Shown piece by piece: positions 42,994 to 52,563 of a DNA stretch of 64,000 nucleotides. Position numbers and translations under genes: made by a program. The notes beneath the pieces are model-generated. The model did no database searches, was not told the origin of the DNA, and was given only the letters and a program-made list of their open reading frames with translations. The stretch lies in the NCBI GenBank assembly GCA_001796285.1, contig MGMD01000024.1, forward strand, positions 4,404 through 68,403, in the 5' to 3' direction. Every line of letters starts with the position of its first letter. Positions within the stretch are counted from its first letter, which is position 1. The DNA comes from Chlamydiae bacterium RIFCSPLOWO2_12_FULL_45_20 (GTDB taxonomy: Bacteria; Chlamydiota; Chlamydiia; Chlamydiales; SM23-39).

Positions 42994-44171
42994 ATACCTT
43001 GTCAAAAGTTACATGGATGCTACTCTATTTCTCCGTATCTTTAAGCGCAGAAAACTATAGCTCCTACGAAAGGATTGCTGAGCCAATGGCTCCACGCAAC
43101 ATCCAAATTCTTCTAGAAAAAGAAGCCGATGGAGCGCTTCTCGAAGTGAAAGGTCCCTACTACATTTTTAATCCCCATGACGGTTCGCGGATTGCTTCCG
43201 GCCTACTCGGCAAGCGATTTATGATTCATGAGCTAGATAGTGGCATTAAATGGGGCGAAGAATTTGTGGGAATCCACCAGATTTATATCAAACCCCGTTC
43301 TTCTGAAACGTCCATCTTTGTCAATGGCATCCAATATGCAGGCTCTATCGCAATTTACGGAATTAACGGCGCTATCAGCATTGTGAATGATGTGGATATC
43401 GAATCTTATGTAAAATCCGCCCTCACCTCCCAATTTGTAACCCCACTCGAACCCGAAGTCATGTCTGCTTTAGCGATCTTATCTCGCACCGATGCATACT
43501 ATCAGGCCATGCGAGCCAACCCTAGCAGTTTCTGGCACATTTCAGCTGAGGAAACAAACTATCAAGGATCTGCCTTGGTAGTGAGTAAATCTTCTATCGA
43601 TAGAGCAGTAGATAGCACTCGCCACTTGATCTTACTCCATAATGAAGAAGGCCGCAATCTCCCCTTTAGAACAACCTGGACAGAAAATAGCGCTGGCAAA
43701 ACAGCCCCCTATAGCGCGATCTTTAGAAAGGACGCTCATCCTGATAGAGGAGTAGAAGCTCCCCTTGCAGCCCTCTCCCGCCAAGAGTCCAAGTGGACGT
43801 ATCGCATCGGAAAAAAAACACTGGCCCATCTGTTTAACATGCAATCGATTGGCAACTTAGAATTGTTTGTGGATCCTGACTCTTCCAAAGTCTATGGAAT
43901 CCGCCTAAGCGATGGTTCAACAAGCGCGAATCTAGACTTTTTGTCCCTGCAAGAACGGCTTGGAAGCGCTTTTTTAAAAAGCTCAGATTTTACAGCTTCT
44001 TTGCAAGAGGACTCTGTCCTCTTTACCGGATATGGCAGCGGGCATGGCGTAGGACTTTGCCTCTATTCTGCTACAGCTCTTGCTCAAAATGGGGAAAATG
44101 CGGTGAGAATCTTGGCCAAATTTTTCCCCGAAACTTACCTCTACAACCTGGATGCAATACCTAAGGGGTAA
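42990..44171 (+). CDS. SpoIID/LytB-domain protein (peptidoglycan remodelling)
   Basis: Signal peptide, YVKSALTSQF and a C-terminal GYGSGHGVGLCLYSA typical of SpoIID-type lytic transglycosylases. ATGA overlap with ruvB. Confidence 0.85.
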   Translation: MNTLSKVTWMLLYFSVSLSAENYSSYERIAEPMAPRNIQILLEKEADGALLEVKGPYYIFNPHDGSRIASGLLGKRFMIHELDSGIKWGEEFVGIHQIYIKPRSSETSIFVNGIQYAGSIAIYGINGAISIVNDVDIESYVKSALTSQFVTPLEPEVMSALAILSRTDAYYQAMRANPSSFWHISAEETNYQGSALVVSKSSIDRAVDSTRHLILLHNEEGRNLPFRTTWTENSAGKTAPYSAIFRKDAHPDRGVEAPLAALSRQESKWTYRIGKKTLAHLFNMQSIGNLELFVDPDSSKVYGIRLSDGSTSANLDFLSLQERLGSAFLKSSDFTASLQEDSVLFTGYGSGHGVGLCLYSATALAQNGENAVRILAKFFPETYLYNLDAIPKG

Positions 44172-44178
44172 CAGTCCC

Positions 44179-44208
44179 TTGTCTCAAATTAGCAAAATTT
44201 GTTATGCT
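44179..44208 (+). promoter_or_regulatory. Candidate sigma-70-type promoter for the SRP RNA
   Basis: TTGTCT (44179..44184), an 18-nt spacer, then TATGCT (44203..44208). This ends 9 nt before the predicted RNA 5' end. Pattern match only. Confidence 0.3.
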
Positions 44209-44216
44209 GCCCTCTT

Positions 44217-44312
44217 GCCGGGGATCTCTTGGAATAAGCAATCTGAACCAGGTCAGGGCCGGAAGGCAGCACCCTTAAGGAATCTGCCTTATGCCATGAG
44301 GCCATCCCCGGC
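44217..44312 (+). ncRNA. ffs: Signal recognition particle RNA (4.5S type)
   Basis: Contains AACCAGGTCAGGGCCGGAAGGCAGCA. This matches the universally conserved domain IV (E. coli ACCAGGUCAGGUCCGGAAGGAAGCAGC), including the GGAA tetraloop. The terminal helix pairs GCCGGGGAT with ATCCCCGGC and is followed by TTTTTT. Confidence 0.85.
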
Positions 44313-44927
44313 TTTTTTAAATTTTTCCTCATACTGTGCGCAAATGCGACGAAGAGCACTTTCCGCATCGATCCCTATCCCTTCCATCTTTTCGATAAGA
44401 TCCCACAGTTCTTGCGCTATACCGTGCTCCGTCAAATTTGGTGCAGTGGACATTTTTTCTTTGAAAACAGCGATTTTATACCTTTTCATTTTTTGAATCA
44501 CTTTTTGGGCCCGAGCTGCCGCAGGAAGCGTCGGAGGAATATCATCGATGGGATGTTTCTTTCCCTCTTTCTTTTTCACCTCTTCCCATTGCGCAACAAC
44601 GTCGTCAGAGGACGAAACCACAGCTCCCTCAAATACATGGGGATGACGCCGGATCAATTTATCTTTTACTGTTTGAATCGACTCTTCTAGTGTAAAATGA
44701 GCATTTTTCTCTCCTAATTTGGCGATAAAAATAAGGATAAAGAGTACATCCCCCAGCTCCTCCATGATTTTTTTTGAATCTCCAAGATCGATCGCTTCTA
44801 TGAGTTCATGAGTCTCCTCTAGAAGATAGGGTTGCACAGTAAATAATGTTTGAGCTCGATCCCAAGGACACCCTTTAGGACCTAGGAGACGATCCGCCAC
44901 TGCTAGTAAATTTTTAAATTCATTCAT
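44289..44927 (-). CDS. mazG: MazG-family nucleoside triphosphate pyrophosphohydrolase
   Basis: GCPWDRAQT, YLLEETHELIEAI, ELGDVLF and RRHPHVF. I prefer the ATG at 44927 (MNEFKNLL). Confidence 0.88.
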   Translation of the reverse strand: MNEFKNLLAVADRLLGPKGCPWDRAQTLFTVQPYLLEETHELIEAIDLGDSKKIMEELGDVLFILIFIAKLGEKNAHFTLEESIQTVKDKLIRRHPHVFEGAVVSSSDDVVAQWEEVKKKEGKKHPIDDIPPTLPAAARAQKVIQKMKRYKIAVFKEKMSTAPNLTEHGIAQELWDLIEKMEGIGIDAESALRRICAQYEEKFKKAGDGLMA

Positions 44928-45017
44928 ACAATCCATTCCATTAGGAGTTGTTATTTTCATGTGTTTGCAAATGCTCACCTATTGTATAATGATGTCACAA
45001 TTAAATATCATATTTAC

Positions 45018-47993
45018 ATGAACATACAATTTTCAGACCCATTAAACTCCGGACTAAAGAATGTTGTTTCTGGCTTCTCACGGACTCTAGTCCTCCCTCT
45101 GAGCCACTGGGTCCATCCTCCCACTCCTTCGAGTGAGGTGTTAAAGAAGATCAGCCAAGCTGCCAATGAGGGACTCGGGGCTGCTGCAGCCGCTAGTCAT
45201 ATGGCAGAGCTCGCAGAAGGGGAAGAGATCAATTGGAAGGATCAAATCGAAACCAACAAGCGCACTTTGATCCATAAGTTGAGCATGTTTGCCACTCTTC
45301 TTCAAATGCGGGACAAAGCAGAAATTTCAGAAGAAGACAACACCTCCCTCATGAATCTAGTGAAAACTGCGACAACAGGGCCTAACCCACCTTCCCTCTG
45401 GTCTCTTTTTTCTACCCATTATGGAAACCGGCTCTCTTTTCTGCAAAAATTCAAAGCTTTTTGGATTTATTGGTTTTATTATCAAACTTCTCTCATTCAC
45501 AATACTACAAACGCCTATCTTTCTGGGTTCATTAAAAACGTCACTCAAAACCTGGTTCAGGAAAATTCAAGCACCAGAGTGAAATTTTTTACGAAATTGC
45601 TTGAGCAAACCAACCAATTTTTGATCGCAGACATAAATGCTACCAAGGCGTTTGCACTGAGTAGCGAAGACGGAGATTTAGAGCAGTACCGCAATCGGGC
45701 TATTGAAAAGGTTTATGGCTTTTCTTTATCAGAGCTTTGCCGCACGTTCAGCGAGACACAAGTGGATAATAGTTTGCCGAAAGTCGAGTTTTTCAAGAAT
45801 TTTCAATCTATCCCTATCGCAGGACTTTTTTTTTGCCTATTTGAGTGGTTTGTCAATCGATTTATCATTCAAAGTGCAATGAAAGCCTGGATCTTACCTA
45901 ACGCTTTACAATCTGTGGTGACTGAAGGATTAAAGGCCACAGACCCCAATCACCTCCCATTCAGCTTAGCTCTTACTAGATTCCTCAATACCCAACTTGT
46001 ACAACTTCAACAGAAATTGCAAACAGGTTCTTTTTCCACAGGTCCAATGTCCCAGCTACCTGGAACGGAACAACTTCCAGAAACAGTGAAGCATTTGATG
46101 GAAGCTTTAGCCTTAGAGGGGTGTAAAACGGAAAGAGATATCACAGCAAAACTCGACGAATTAAAACACGAGAAAAAAGGGACGATTGAAAAAGACGTCG
46201 AGGCAGCCATTGAGCTAGCTGTGAATGACGCAGCCTCTCTTCTTCTACACTTTCTCAACGAAAAAGCGGCCTCAGGTGAACTCTTTGCAAAATTACTAGA
46301 GATCTCCTTTGCACCCTTTTCTGGACAAACTCTGGATCAAAAGATGCTTCTATCGGAGTACAAGAATGAGCTGGCCATACTCCAAAACGATGGATCTTTA
46401 CTGCTATCGAAAGTGATTCGAGACGCTGTTGCGGAAAAATTCCACTCCAAAGCCAGCATCGATTCAAAAACACAAGCAGAGGAGTCTTTCTCGAATCAGA
46501 AAAGGGTGATAAAAAAAGTCATGGCCACAATCGTACCGCTTTGTGAGAAAATGGCAGAAAAAATTAAAGACTCAAAGGAACATCCGTCCGACACCAGTAC
46601 GAACATTCAAATCGATCTTCAATCTCTCCTTGAGGTGCTGAGGCTATTTGTCAATAGTAAAGAACTGATCTCCTCCACCGCAGAAACAAGCTCTGACGTA
46701 GATCTCAAGGAAATGTGGCTCATTGTAACGCCCCTTTATGAGAAGATACACAGCCTGCTACAAAGAGCCCTTGAGCTCCAAAAACTGCAAGACCAATTCC
46801 CCTCTCATGCGAAAGTTTCCTTTCATCTCATAAAAATCTCCCATATCCTCTCCAACCCTTTGACAGCTCAACGGCTTCAGGATCTTTCACACCATGCAGA
46901 TGAAATGGCACACTGTCGTGTGAAAAATGTCCCCTTAATAAAAGAAATCAAAGAGCTATTGGAAGAACTTTCTCTCCGCTTCCAAAAAATTTCTAAGGAA
47001 CAAGCAGTCATAGATGCCATTTGTGGAATTTATCCTCCAAGACATTCTGTTCATGACCGTGTAGTCCCAGGACCTTTAGACCACCTCTTAAACAACGCAC
47101 TGGGGGTTCCTCCGGTAGGATTTCGGAAGACTCACTGCTTACAAGAAATCAATCGTTTCCTCTCCTATCTACCAGAAAATGAAAAACAAGAATTGCAGCA
47201 AATCATCGGGGACGGAAATCACATATTAACTCGATACAACCTACTGCAAAAGGCAATGCAAAGAATCTACTCAAGCCATATTCAAACCCAAGAGCCCGAT
47301 AAGCTTTCCCTAGACGCCCTGCTAAAGCTTAAGGCAACATGGACTCACTCTCTTAGCGAAAAATATCGTTCATTAAAAGAGAAAGACCACAACTCTATGG
47401 AGCATGAAATAGAAGCAATGTGCAACCAAGCCAGGAATCTTGCCAGGACAGTGGAAGCAGCAAAGCTTCAACTGCCTGATGCAGACTCTCATTGGACTCC
47501 CCGCACAGTAACAACAGCGATCGGCCTCACCGGAACGTTAACGGGTTATGCGCTCAGTTCTGCTACTTTTTTCAGATACCTTGCCCCTTTTATCACCTCC
47601 CTAATGGCAGGAGGAGCTGGCTTCTGGTACGCTTACCAATCCAAGAATGAAACACAAAATCGTACCCTAGAAGCCCTGAAAAAACCAACAGGGAAAATGC
47701 AAAGAACGCACTTCCAACAACTAGCGTGGAAAGTCGCACCATCAGGACTAACCGCCCTAGCTGTCGCTTCCCTCACTCCTTTCGTCCACCCTTGGCTCGG
47801 CGCGGTTACAGCAGCAGCAGGGGGGTTTCTCGGAGCTTATGCAGGAAACAAATCTCATCAGGAAGCAGCATCGCAAGCGGAACAGGCAGCATTCACCCGA
47901 ACCTGGGAACTTGCCTCGAGCGCCATTGAACTGCTTAAACGGTCAAGAGTCTACAAGGCCTTCTTCACTAGAGTAATGTTAGCCATGTCGTAA
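45018..47993 (+). CDS. Large hypothetical protein (991 aa) with C-terminal paired hydrophobic domains
   Basis: ATG at 45018. Mostly helical and low-similarity sequence. The C-terminus carries two bilobed hydrophobic blocks, AIGLTGTLTGYALSSATFFRYLAPFITSLMAGGAGFWYAY and PSGLTALAVASLTPFVHPWLGAVTAAAGGFLGAYAG. Confidence 0.7.
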   Translation: MNIQFSDPLNSGLKNVVSGFSRTLVLPLSHWVHPPTPSSEVLKKISQAANEGLGAAAAASHMAELAEGEEINWKDQIETNKRTLIHKLSMFATLLQMRDKAEISEEDNTSLMNLVKTATTGPNPPSLWSLFSTHYGNRLSFLQKFKAFWIYWFYYQTSLIHNTTNAYLSGFIKNVTQNLVQENSSTRVKFFTKLLEQTNQFLIADINATKAFALSSEDGDLEQYRNRAIEKVYGFSLSELCRTFSETQVDNSLPKVEFFKNFQSIPIAGLFFCLFEWFVNRFIIQSAMKAWILPNALQSVVTEGLKATDPNHLPFSLALTRFLNTQLVQLQQKLQTGSFSTGPMSQLPGTEQLPETVKHLMEALALEGCKTERDITAKLDELKHEKKGTIEKDVEAAIELAVNDAASLLLHFLNEKAASGELFAKLLEISFAPFSGQTLDQKMLLSEYKNELAILQNDGSLLLSKVIRDAVAEKFHSKASIDSKTQAEESFSNQKRVIKKVMATIVPLCEKMAEKIKDSKEHPSDTSTNIQIDLQSLLEVLRLFVNSKELISSTAETSSDVDLKEMWLIVTPLYEKIHSLLQRALELQKLQDQFPSHAKVSFHLIKISHILSNPLTAQRLQDLSHHADEMAHCRVKNVPLIKEIKELLEELSLRFQKISKEQAVIDAICGIYPPRHSVHDRVVPGPLDHLLNNALGVPPVGFRKTHCLQEINRFLSYLPENEKQELQQIIGDGNHILTRYNLLQKAMQRIYSSHIQTQEPDKLSLDALLKLKATWTHSLSEKYRSLKEKDHNSMEHEIEAMCNQARNLARTVEAAKLQLPDADSHWTPRTVTTAIGLTGTLTGYALSSATFFRYLAPFITSLMAGGAGFWYAYQSKNETQNRTLEALKKPTGKMQRTHFQQLAWKVAPSGLTALAVASLTPFVHPWLGAVTAAAGGFLGAYAGNKSHQEAASQAEQAAFTRTWELASSAIELLKRSRVYKAFFTRVMLAMS

Positions 47994-48047
47994 ATAGACC
48001 TCTTGCAGGACCTGTGAGTAGTGATGGCGGTCTTGAACAACTCCTCC

Positions 48048-48284
48048 CTACCAGCGGCGATGCTGCCTTTCTTGTCCCGGTTGAACCCGCTCCTGAGTAT
48101 CCCATCGGTAAGGGCGTTCCTCAACGTCATTATTGTTATTGTTATTGTATTTATCTGGGCATTTCATATTCCCAGGACAATAACTTTGATCGCAGCACGA
48201 TGAAATAGCAAAAGCAAATGCCAATGCAATAAATGCCAGTATTAATTTTTTCACAAAATTCCCCATTTTAACCAAACTATTCAT
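48048..48284 (-). CDS. Small lipoprotein, Cys-rich with Asn run
   Basis: Lipobox FAISSC. Mature part is CDQSYCPGNMKCPDKYNNNNNND... Convergent with the 991-aa gene. Confidence 0.5.
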   Translation of the reverse strand: MNSLVKMGNFVKKLILAFIALAFAFAISSCCDQSYCPGNMKCPDKYNNNNNNDVEERPYRWDTQERVQPGQERQHRRW

Positions 48285-48351
48285 TCACTCTCTTATTGAA
48301 CCCTCTAATATTTATCTTTTTTTTATTCAATAAAAAATTATAATTCTGATT

Positions 48352-49470
48352 ATGGAATCATTTTTTATAGCAGCTACCGGACAAAATATAGGCAAAACAA
48401 CGACTTGCTTGGGTCTTGTTTCCGGGTTAAAACAACGGGTCAAGACGGTAGGCTTTATGAAGCCTGTTGGCCAGGAACATGTGGAAACAGAAACAGGCGA
48501 ACACGTAGATAAGGACGTTGTTCTTTTTAAACACTACTTTAAGCTCAAATTTCCTTACGAGGCCATGAGCCCCGTCTTATTTCCCAAAGGGTTCACTCGA
48601 GATTTTCTAGATAAAAGAGTCGATCATGAAGATATGGTGCAAAAGATTCACAAAGGGTTTGCAGTCATTCAAGCCACCTCCCAAGTAACGGTCATTGAAG
48701 GGACAGGACATACGGGAGTCGGATCCATTGTGAATTTAAACAATGCGCAAGTTGCCAAGCTTTTGGGACTTCCTATGATTCTCATTGCATCGGGCGGTCT
48801 TGGCTCTAGCATTGATCAGCTTTCATTAAATTTTGCCAATTGTGAAAAATACCAAGTCCGAGTAGCAGGCGTCATTTTAAACCGCGTTCTAGAAGAAAAA
48901 AGGGACATGATTTTGAATTATGTCTCTTTGGCCCTCAAACGCTGGAACATCCCTTTACTCGGAGCGATCCCCTATAGCGAATTTTTAAACATGCCATCGA
49001 TGCGTGATTTTGAATCGCTTTTTCAAACGGAACTTCTTTGCGGCAACGAATTTGCGCTAAGACACTTTGAACATATGAGAATTGCAGCAAGTTCTGTCGA
49101 AGTTTACCGAACCACTCTGGCCCCCCATCAACTCATCATTACACCCGCAGGTAGAGAAGATATCATTTTAGCTACCCTGACTAGATTTTGGGACTTAAAA
49201 ATTTCCCACCCGGAAGAAGATCTTCACACCGGCCTTATTTTGACGGGGAAAATGCCCCCGAAAGACTCTCTTGTACAACAAATGAAAACAGCTAAAATTC
49301 CCGTGATCTATGTACCCCTTAGCAGCTTTGCAGTTATGAAAATGATCAATAACTATTCGTTAAAAATCAGAAATGAAGATCTTGAGAAAATTCACGAGGC
49401 GGTGAAGATCGTAGAAAATCACATTGACTTTGAAACGCTTGAAAAAGCTCTTCGGAAGTCAAATCCTTGA
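48352..49470 (+). CDS. BioD-like P-loop plus DRTGG-domain protein (resembles the N-terminal half of phosphotransacetylase)
   Basis: FFIAATGQNIGKTTTCLGL, EGTGHTGVGS and AGVILNRV, followed by a DRTGG-like region (LIITPAGREDI). Confidence 0.7.
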   Translation: MESFFIAATGQNIGKTTTCLGLVSGLKQRVKTVGFMKPVGQEHVETETGEHVDKDVVLFKHYFKLKFPYEAMSPVLFPKGFTRDFLDKRVDHEDMVQKIHKGFAVIQATSQVTVIEGTGHTGVGSIVNLNNAQVAKLLGLPMILIASGGLGSSIDQLSLNFANCEKYQVRVAGVILNRVLEEKRDMILNYVSLALKRWNIPLLGAIPYSEFLNMPSMRDFESLFQTELLCGNEFALRHFEHMRIAASSVEVYRTTLAPHQLIITPAGREDIILATLTRFWDLKISHPEEDLHTGLILTGKMPPKDSLVQQMKTAKIPVIYVPLSSFAVMKMINNYSLKIRNEDLEKIHEAVKIVENHIDFETLEKALRKSNP

Positions 49471-50455
49471 TGCAGGCGCCTGTCTCACAATCCCTTAAAA
49501 GGGGGCATTGCTTGATAAAGACTTGCCCATAAGGGCATTTTCCTTGGATACCACAGTGTTTTTTGCCGATGGGCTTAAAGACCTTTAAAGAGGTGGGGCC
49601 AAACACACTAAAGCTCGGAGTAGAAGTAGTGCCGCAAAGATGTAGAGCGCTGGAATCGACAGCAAGTACAAGATCCATGTTATTCATCACATTCTGCCAC
49701 ACGGGTATCTGTAGTCTATCAAGGATATAAGAGGAAGGGAGGCTAGCTTCCAGCTCTTGACAAAGGGCCTTTTCTTGAAGATCTCCCCAGACAAGGAAAA
49801 AAGCCGTGTCATACCGCTGTTGAATCTTTTGAAGCAGCTCAAGCAGCGTCTTTTTAGGGAGTTGCTTGTTTTGCCACTTGGATCCTGGGCAAACCATGAC
49901 CGCTTTTTTCTGAGAGGCCTTTTGAGCAATTTTCTCTACAAGCTCCTTCTCTTCTTCGCTTATTTTAAAAAAGACTCCTGGAAAATCGCAAACCATGCTT
50001 TCTTGAAAATAAGATGCTACTAATTCTAAATAAAACGATCGGATGTTTTGTTCTTTGGAGATGTTAAATCGTAGATTCGTGCTGAGGAGATTAGGCCACT
50101 CCCGAACGGATGCATAGCTATACCCGATCTTTTTGGAAGAACGGGAAAAAAATGTCACCAGCCCCGATTTTGTATTGGCCTGTAGATCAAATACGCAATC
50201 ATACCGTTCTTGTCTCAGGTCTTTGAGAGATGGAAGAAGATTTTTCCATGTCTTAATATCCATCGGAATCGTCCTCCGGATCAGCGGATGGGAGGCAACA
50301 ATAGGAAGGAAACGCGTTTCAACGGCCCAGTCGATTTGAACCTTTGGAAAGCGAATATGTAGCGTATCTAATACGCTAAAAGCTTGAATGATATCTCCTA
50401 AGGAGGAAGTTTTTACAATGAGAATGCTTGAGGGGAATCCATTTACCATGTACAT
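49367..50455 (-). CDS. Family 9 glycosyltransferase (LPS heptosyltransferase-like)
   Basis: ILIVKTSSLGDIIQAFSVL, PGSKWQNKQLP and AVDSSALHLCGTTSTP. Confidence 0.85.
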   Translation of the reverse strand: MYMVNGFPSSILIVKTSSLGDIIQAFSVLDTLHIRFPKVQIDWAVETRFLPIVASHPLIRRTIPMDIKTWKNLLPSLKDLRQERYDCVFDLQANTKSGLVTFFSRSSKKIGYSYASVREWPNLLSTNLRFNISKEQNIRSFYLELVASYFQESMVCDFPGVFFKISEEEKELVEKIAQKASQKKAVMVCPGSKWQNKQLPKKTLLELLQKIQQRYDTAFFLVWGDLQEKALCQELEASLPSSYILDRLQIPVWQNVMNNMDLVLAVDSSALHLCGTTSTPSFSVFGPTSLKVFKPIGKKHCGIQGKCPYGQVFIKQCPLLRDCETGACIKDLTSEELFQAFQSQCDFLRSSPPREFSQDLHF

Positions 50456-50481
50456 ACAGAAAGCGGAAGAGGTTATTTTGT

Positions 50482-51756
50482 ATGCAGCTTTCCAAACACC
50501 CTAAAGAACTTTGGATCTTGGGCCTGACTGAACTTTGTGAACGCTACGCATTTTGGGGAGTAAACAATCTCCTCGTCCTCTATTTGGTAGAATACTACCA
50601 TTATTCCAATGAAAATGCTATGCATGTTTATGGGTTTTTTTCTGGATTTGCAGCTTTTATGCCTTTTGCGGGGGGCTGGCTGGCAGATCGCTGGAATTAT
50701 CAGTCCCCTCTTTTTCTCGGGGCTTTGGCAAATGCTTTGGCTTGCTTTTGTATTGCGACAGGCTCCCACAGCCTTCTTTATATTGCTTTGACCATGATGA
50801 GCTTAGGTTACGCGCTTTTCACTCCCAGCATCATTACTATTTTGGGGTTTTCGTATCATGATAAGCCACACTTAAGACACGCGGGCTTTTCTCTTTATTA
50901 CGCATCGATCAATATTGGGGTATTTTTAGCTCTAGCAAGTATGGGGACTGTGGCCAAGCTAGTCAACTGGGAAATGGCCTTTGTGCTCGCAGGATTTGTG
51001 CAGATTATAGGACTTATTCCCCTCACCCTATATGTAGTAAAACACAAAGAGGTGTATCGCCAATATAAGTCGAGACAAGCCGCTCCATCCAAAATAACCT
51101 ATGAGCAGAAAGATCGTATGAAGGTTCTAGGAGTCTACTGCGTTATTTCGTTGCTATTTTGGATCTCCTATATGCAATGTTTTTCCTCGATGGAAATTTT
51201 TGTGCACCAATTTATGAATAAAACGGTTTTTTCTCTCCCGATTCCAGAAGGAGTATTTCTTTCGATGGAAAGTTTTTTTCTCCTTCTACTCGCTCCTATC
51301 TTAGCGACGCTTTATGTGCGATTAAAGCGAGACCCTTCGCCTGCTATAAAAGGAGTTTTAAGTCTGTACTTTATGGCGGCAGGCTTTTTACTCATGGCAA
51401 TAGGCTCTACCCTGATTCCCAGCCAAGCAACATCTGCAAACGTATCTTGGGGGTATGTTGTTGGCTCCTATTTTCTCGTTGCCTGTGGAGAAATGCTATT
51501 CGCCCCCATCGGGCTTTCGCTATTTTCTCATCTGGCCTCTAGGCGATTTAAAGCGTTTAGTGTGGGGGTTTTTTATGGCAGTATAGGAGTTGCTTTTTAT
51601 ATGGGAGGGCTCTTAGCTGGACTCATGAATAGCATGGGAAGCCTTTTTTACTTCTTCTTCCTATTTGTTGGCATCACATTGGCTGGCGCTTTAGTGATGA
51701 CCTTCATCCAAAAATGGCTGACTAGGAAGTCCCATTTCCAAGGAAGCTTTGATTAA
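50482..51756 (+). CDS. POT/PTR2-family proton-dependent oligopeptide transporter
   Basis: ELCERYAFWGVNNLLVLYL and FAGGWLADRW are PTR2 signatures. ATG at 50482. Confidence 0.88.
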   Translation: MQLSKHPKELWILGLTELCERYAFWGVNNLLVLYLVEYYHYSNENAMHVYGFFSGFAAFMPFAGGWLADRWNYQSPLFLGALANALACFCIATGSHSLLYIALTMMSLGYALFTPSIITILGFSYHDKPHLRHAGFSLYYASINIGVFLALASMGTVAKLVNWEMAFVLAGFVQIIGLIPLTLYVVKHKEVYRQYKSRQAAPSKITYEQKDRMKVLGVYCVISLLFWISYMQCFSSMEIFVHQFMNKTVFSLPIPEGVFLSMESFFLLLLAPILATLYVRLKRDPSPAIKGVLSLYFMAAGFLLMAIGSTLIPSQATSANVSWGYVVGSYFLVACGEMLFAPIGLSLFSHLASRRFKAFSVGVFYGSIGVAFYMGGLLAGLMNSMGSLFYFFFLFVGITLAGALVMTFIQKWLTRKSHFQGSFD

Positions 51757-52563
51757 GACTTCTTTCATATCTTGAGGAAGGGGAGCCTTGAGCTCCAACA
51801 TTTCATCACCTACTGTAAATTGGAGCCCGTATGCGTGTAAATGGGGTCGGCTGCAAGGGATAGAGGAACGATAGCGTCTAGCATATTGAGGATCGACCAG
51901 AATGGGGTGGCCCATTTCTGCGGCATGAACCCGAATTTGATGCGTTCTTCCTGTGAGCGGCTCAGCGAGTAATAACGAAGCTTGTTCCCCAACTGCAAGC
52001 CTTTGAAAACGGGTGATTGCATGCAGCCCTTGATAGGGATTGGATGCCCATAGGGTTTGTCCATGATAGGCGCCTTTTTTTACAAAAAAACTCTCTTGCG
52101 TCCATGAAGTCTTTTGGACAGATCCATCAACGATGGCTAAATAACTTTTGCGAATCTTTCTTTCTTGAAAAAGAGCCATCATCTGTTCTCTCATAGAAGG
52201 GCTTTTAGCCAATACAAGAAGTCCTGTTGTACCGACATCGAGCCGATGGACAAGAAAAAGGTTGGGGCCAAAAGTACGAAGGGTATTTTGCGGCGAGGAA
52301 ACAAAACCTGCTGGCTTATTGATGATCTTGAGGATCTCATTTTCAAAAATAATTTCAAACTGTTGATTCCTAGGTTGTAAAGACAGAGACAGCTCAACCA
52401 AGTCCCCTCTTTCTATGGTCCGAGAAGCAAACCGTTCGATTTTTCCATTGACGCGACACTGATTTTGACTCAAAAGCCTGCGAACTCCTTTACCAGAATA
52501 GCTGGACAGCTCGTTCTGCAAAAAGCGCGCCAGCTTATCAGAACTTTTGGTGACCCACTTCAA
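51691..52563 (-). CDS. RluA/RluD-family pseudouridine synthase
   Basis: S4-like GVRRLLSQNQCRVNG and catalytic HRLDVGTTGLLVLAK. There is no in-frame ATG near the domain start. A TTG at 52563 overlaps the pepA TGA as TTGA. Confidence 0.85.
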   Translation of the reverse strand: MKWVTKSSDKLARFLQNELSSYSGKGVRRLLSQNQCRVNGKIERFASRTIERGDLVELSLSLQPRNQQFEIIFENEILKIINKPAGFVSSPQNTLRTFGPNLFLVHRLDVGTTGLLVLAKSPSMREQMMALFQERKIRKSYLAIVDGSVQKTSWTQESFFVKKGAYHGQTLWASNPYQGLHAITRFQRLAVGEQASLLLAEPLTGRTHQIRVHAAEMGHPILVDPQYARRYRSSIPCSRPHLHAYGLQFTVGDEMLELKAPLPQDMKEVLIKASLEMGLPSQPFLDEGHH

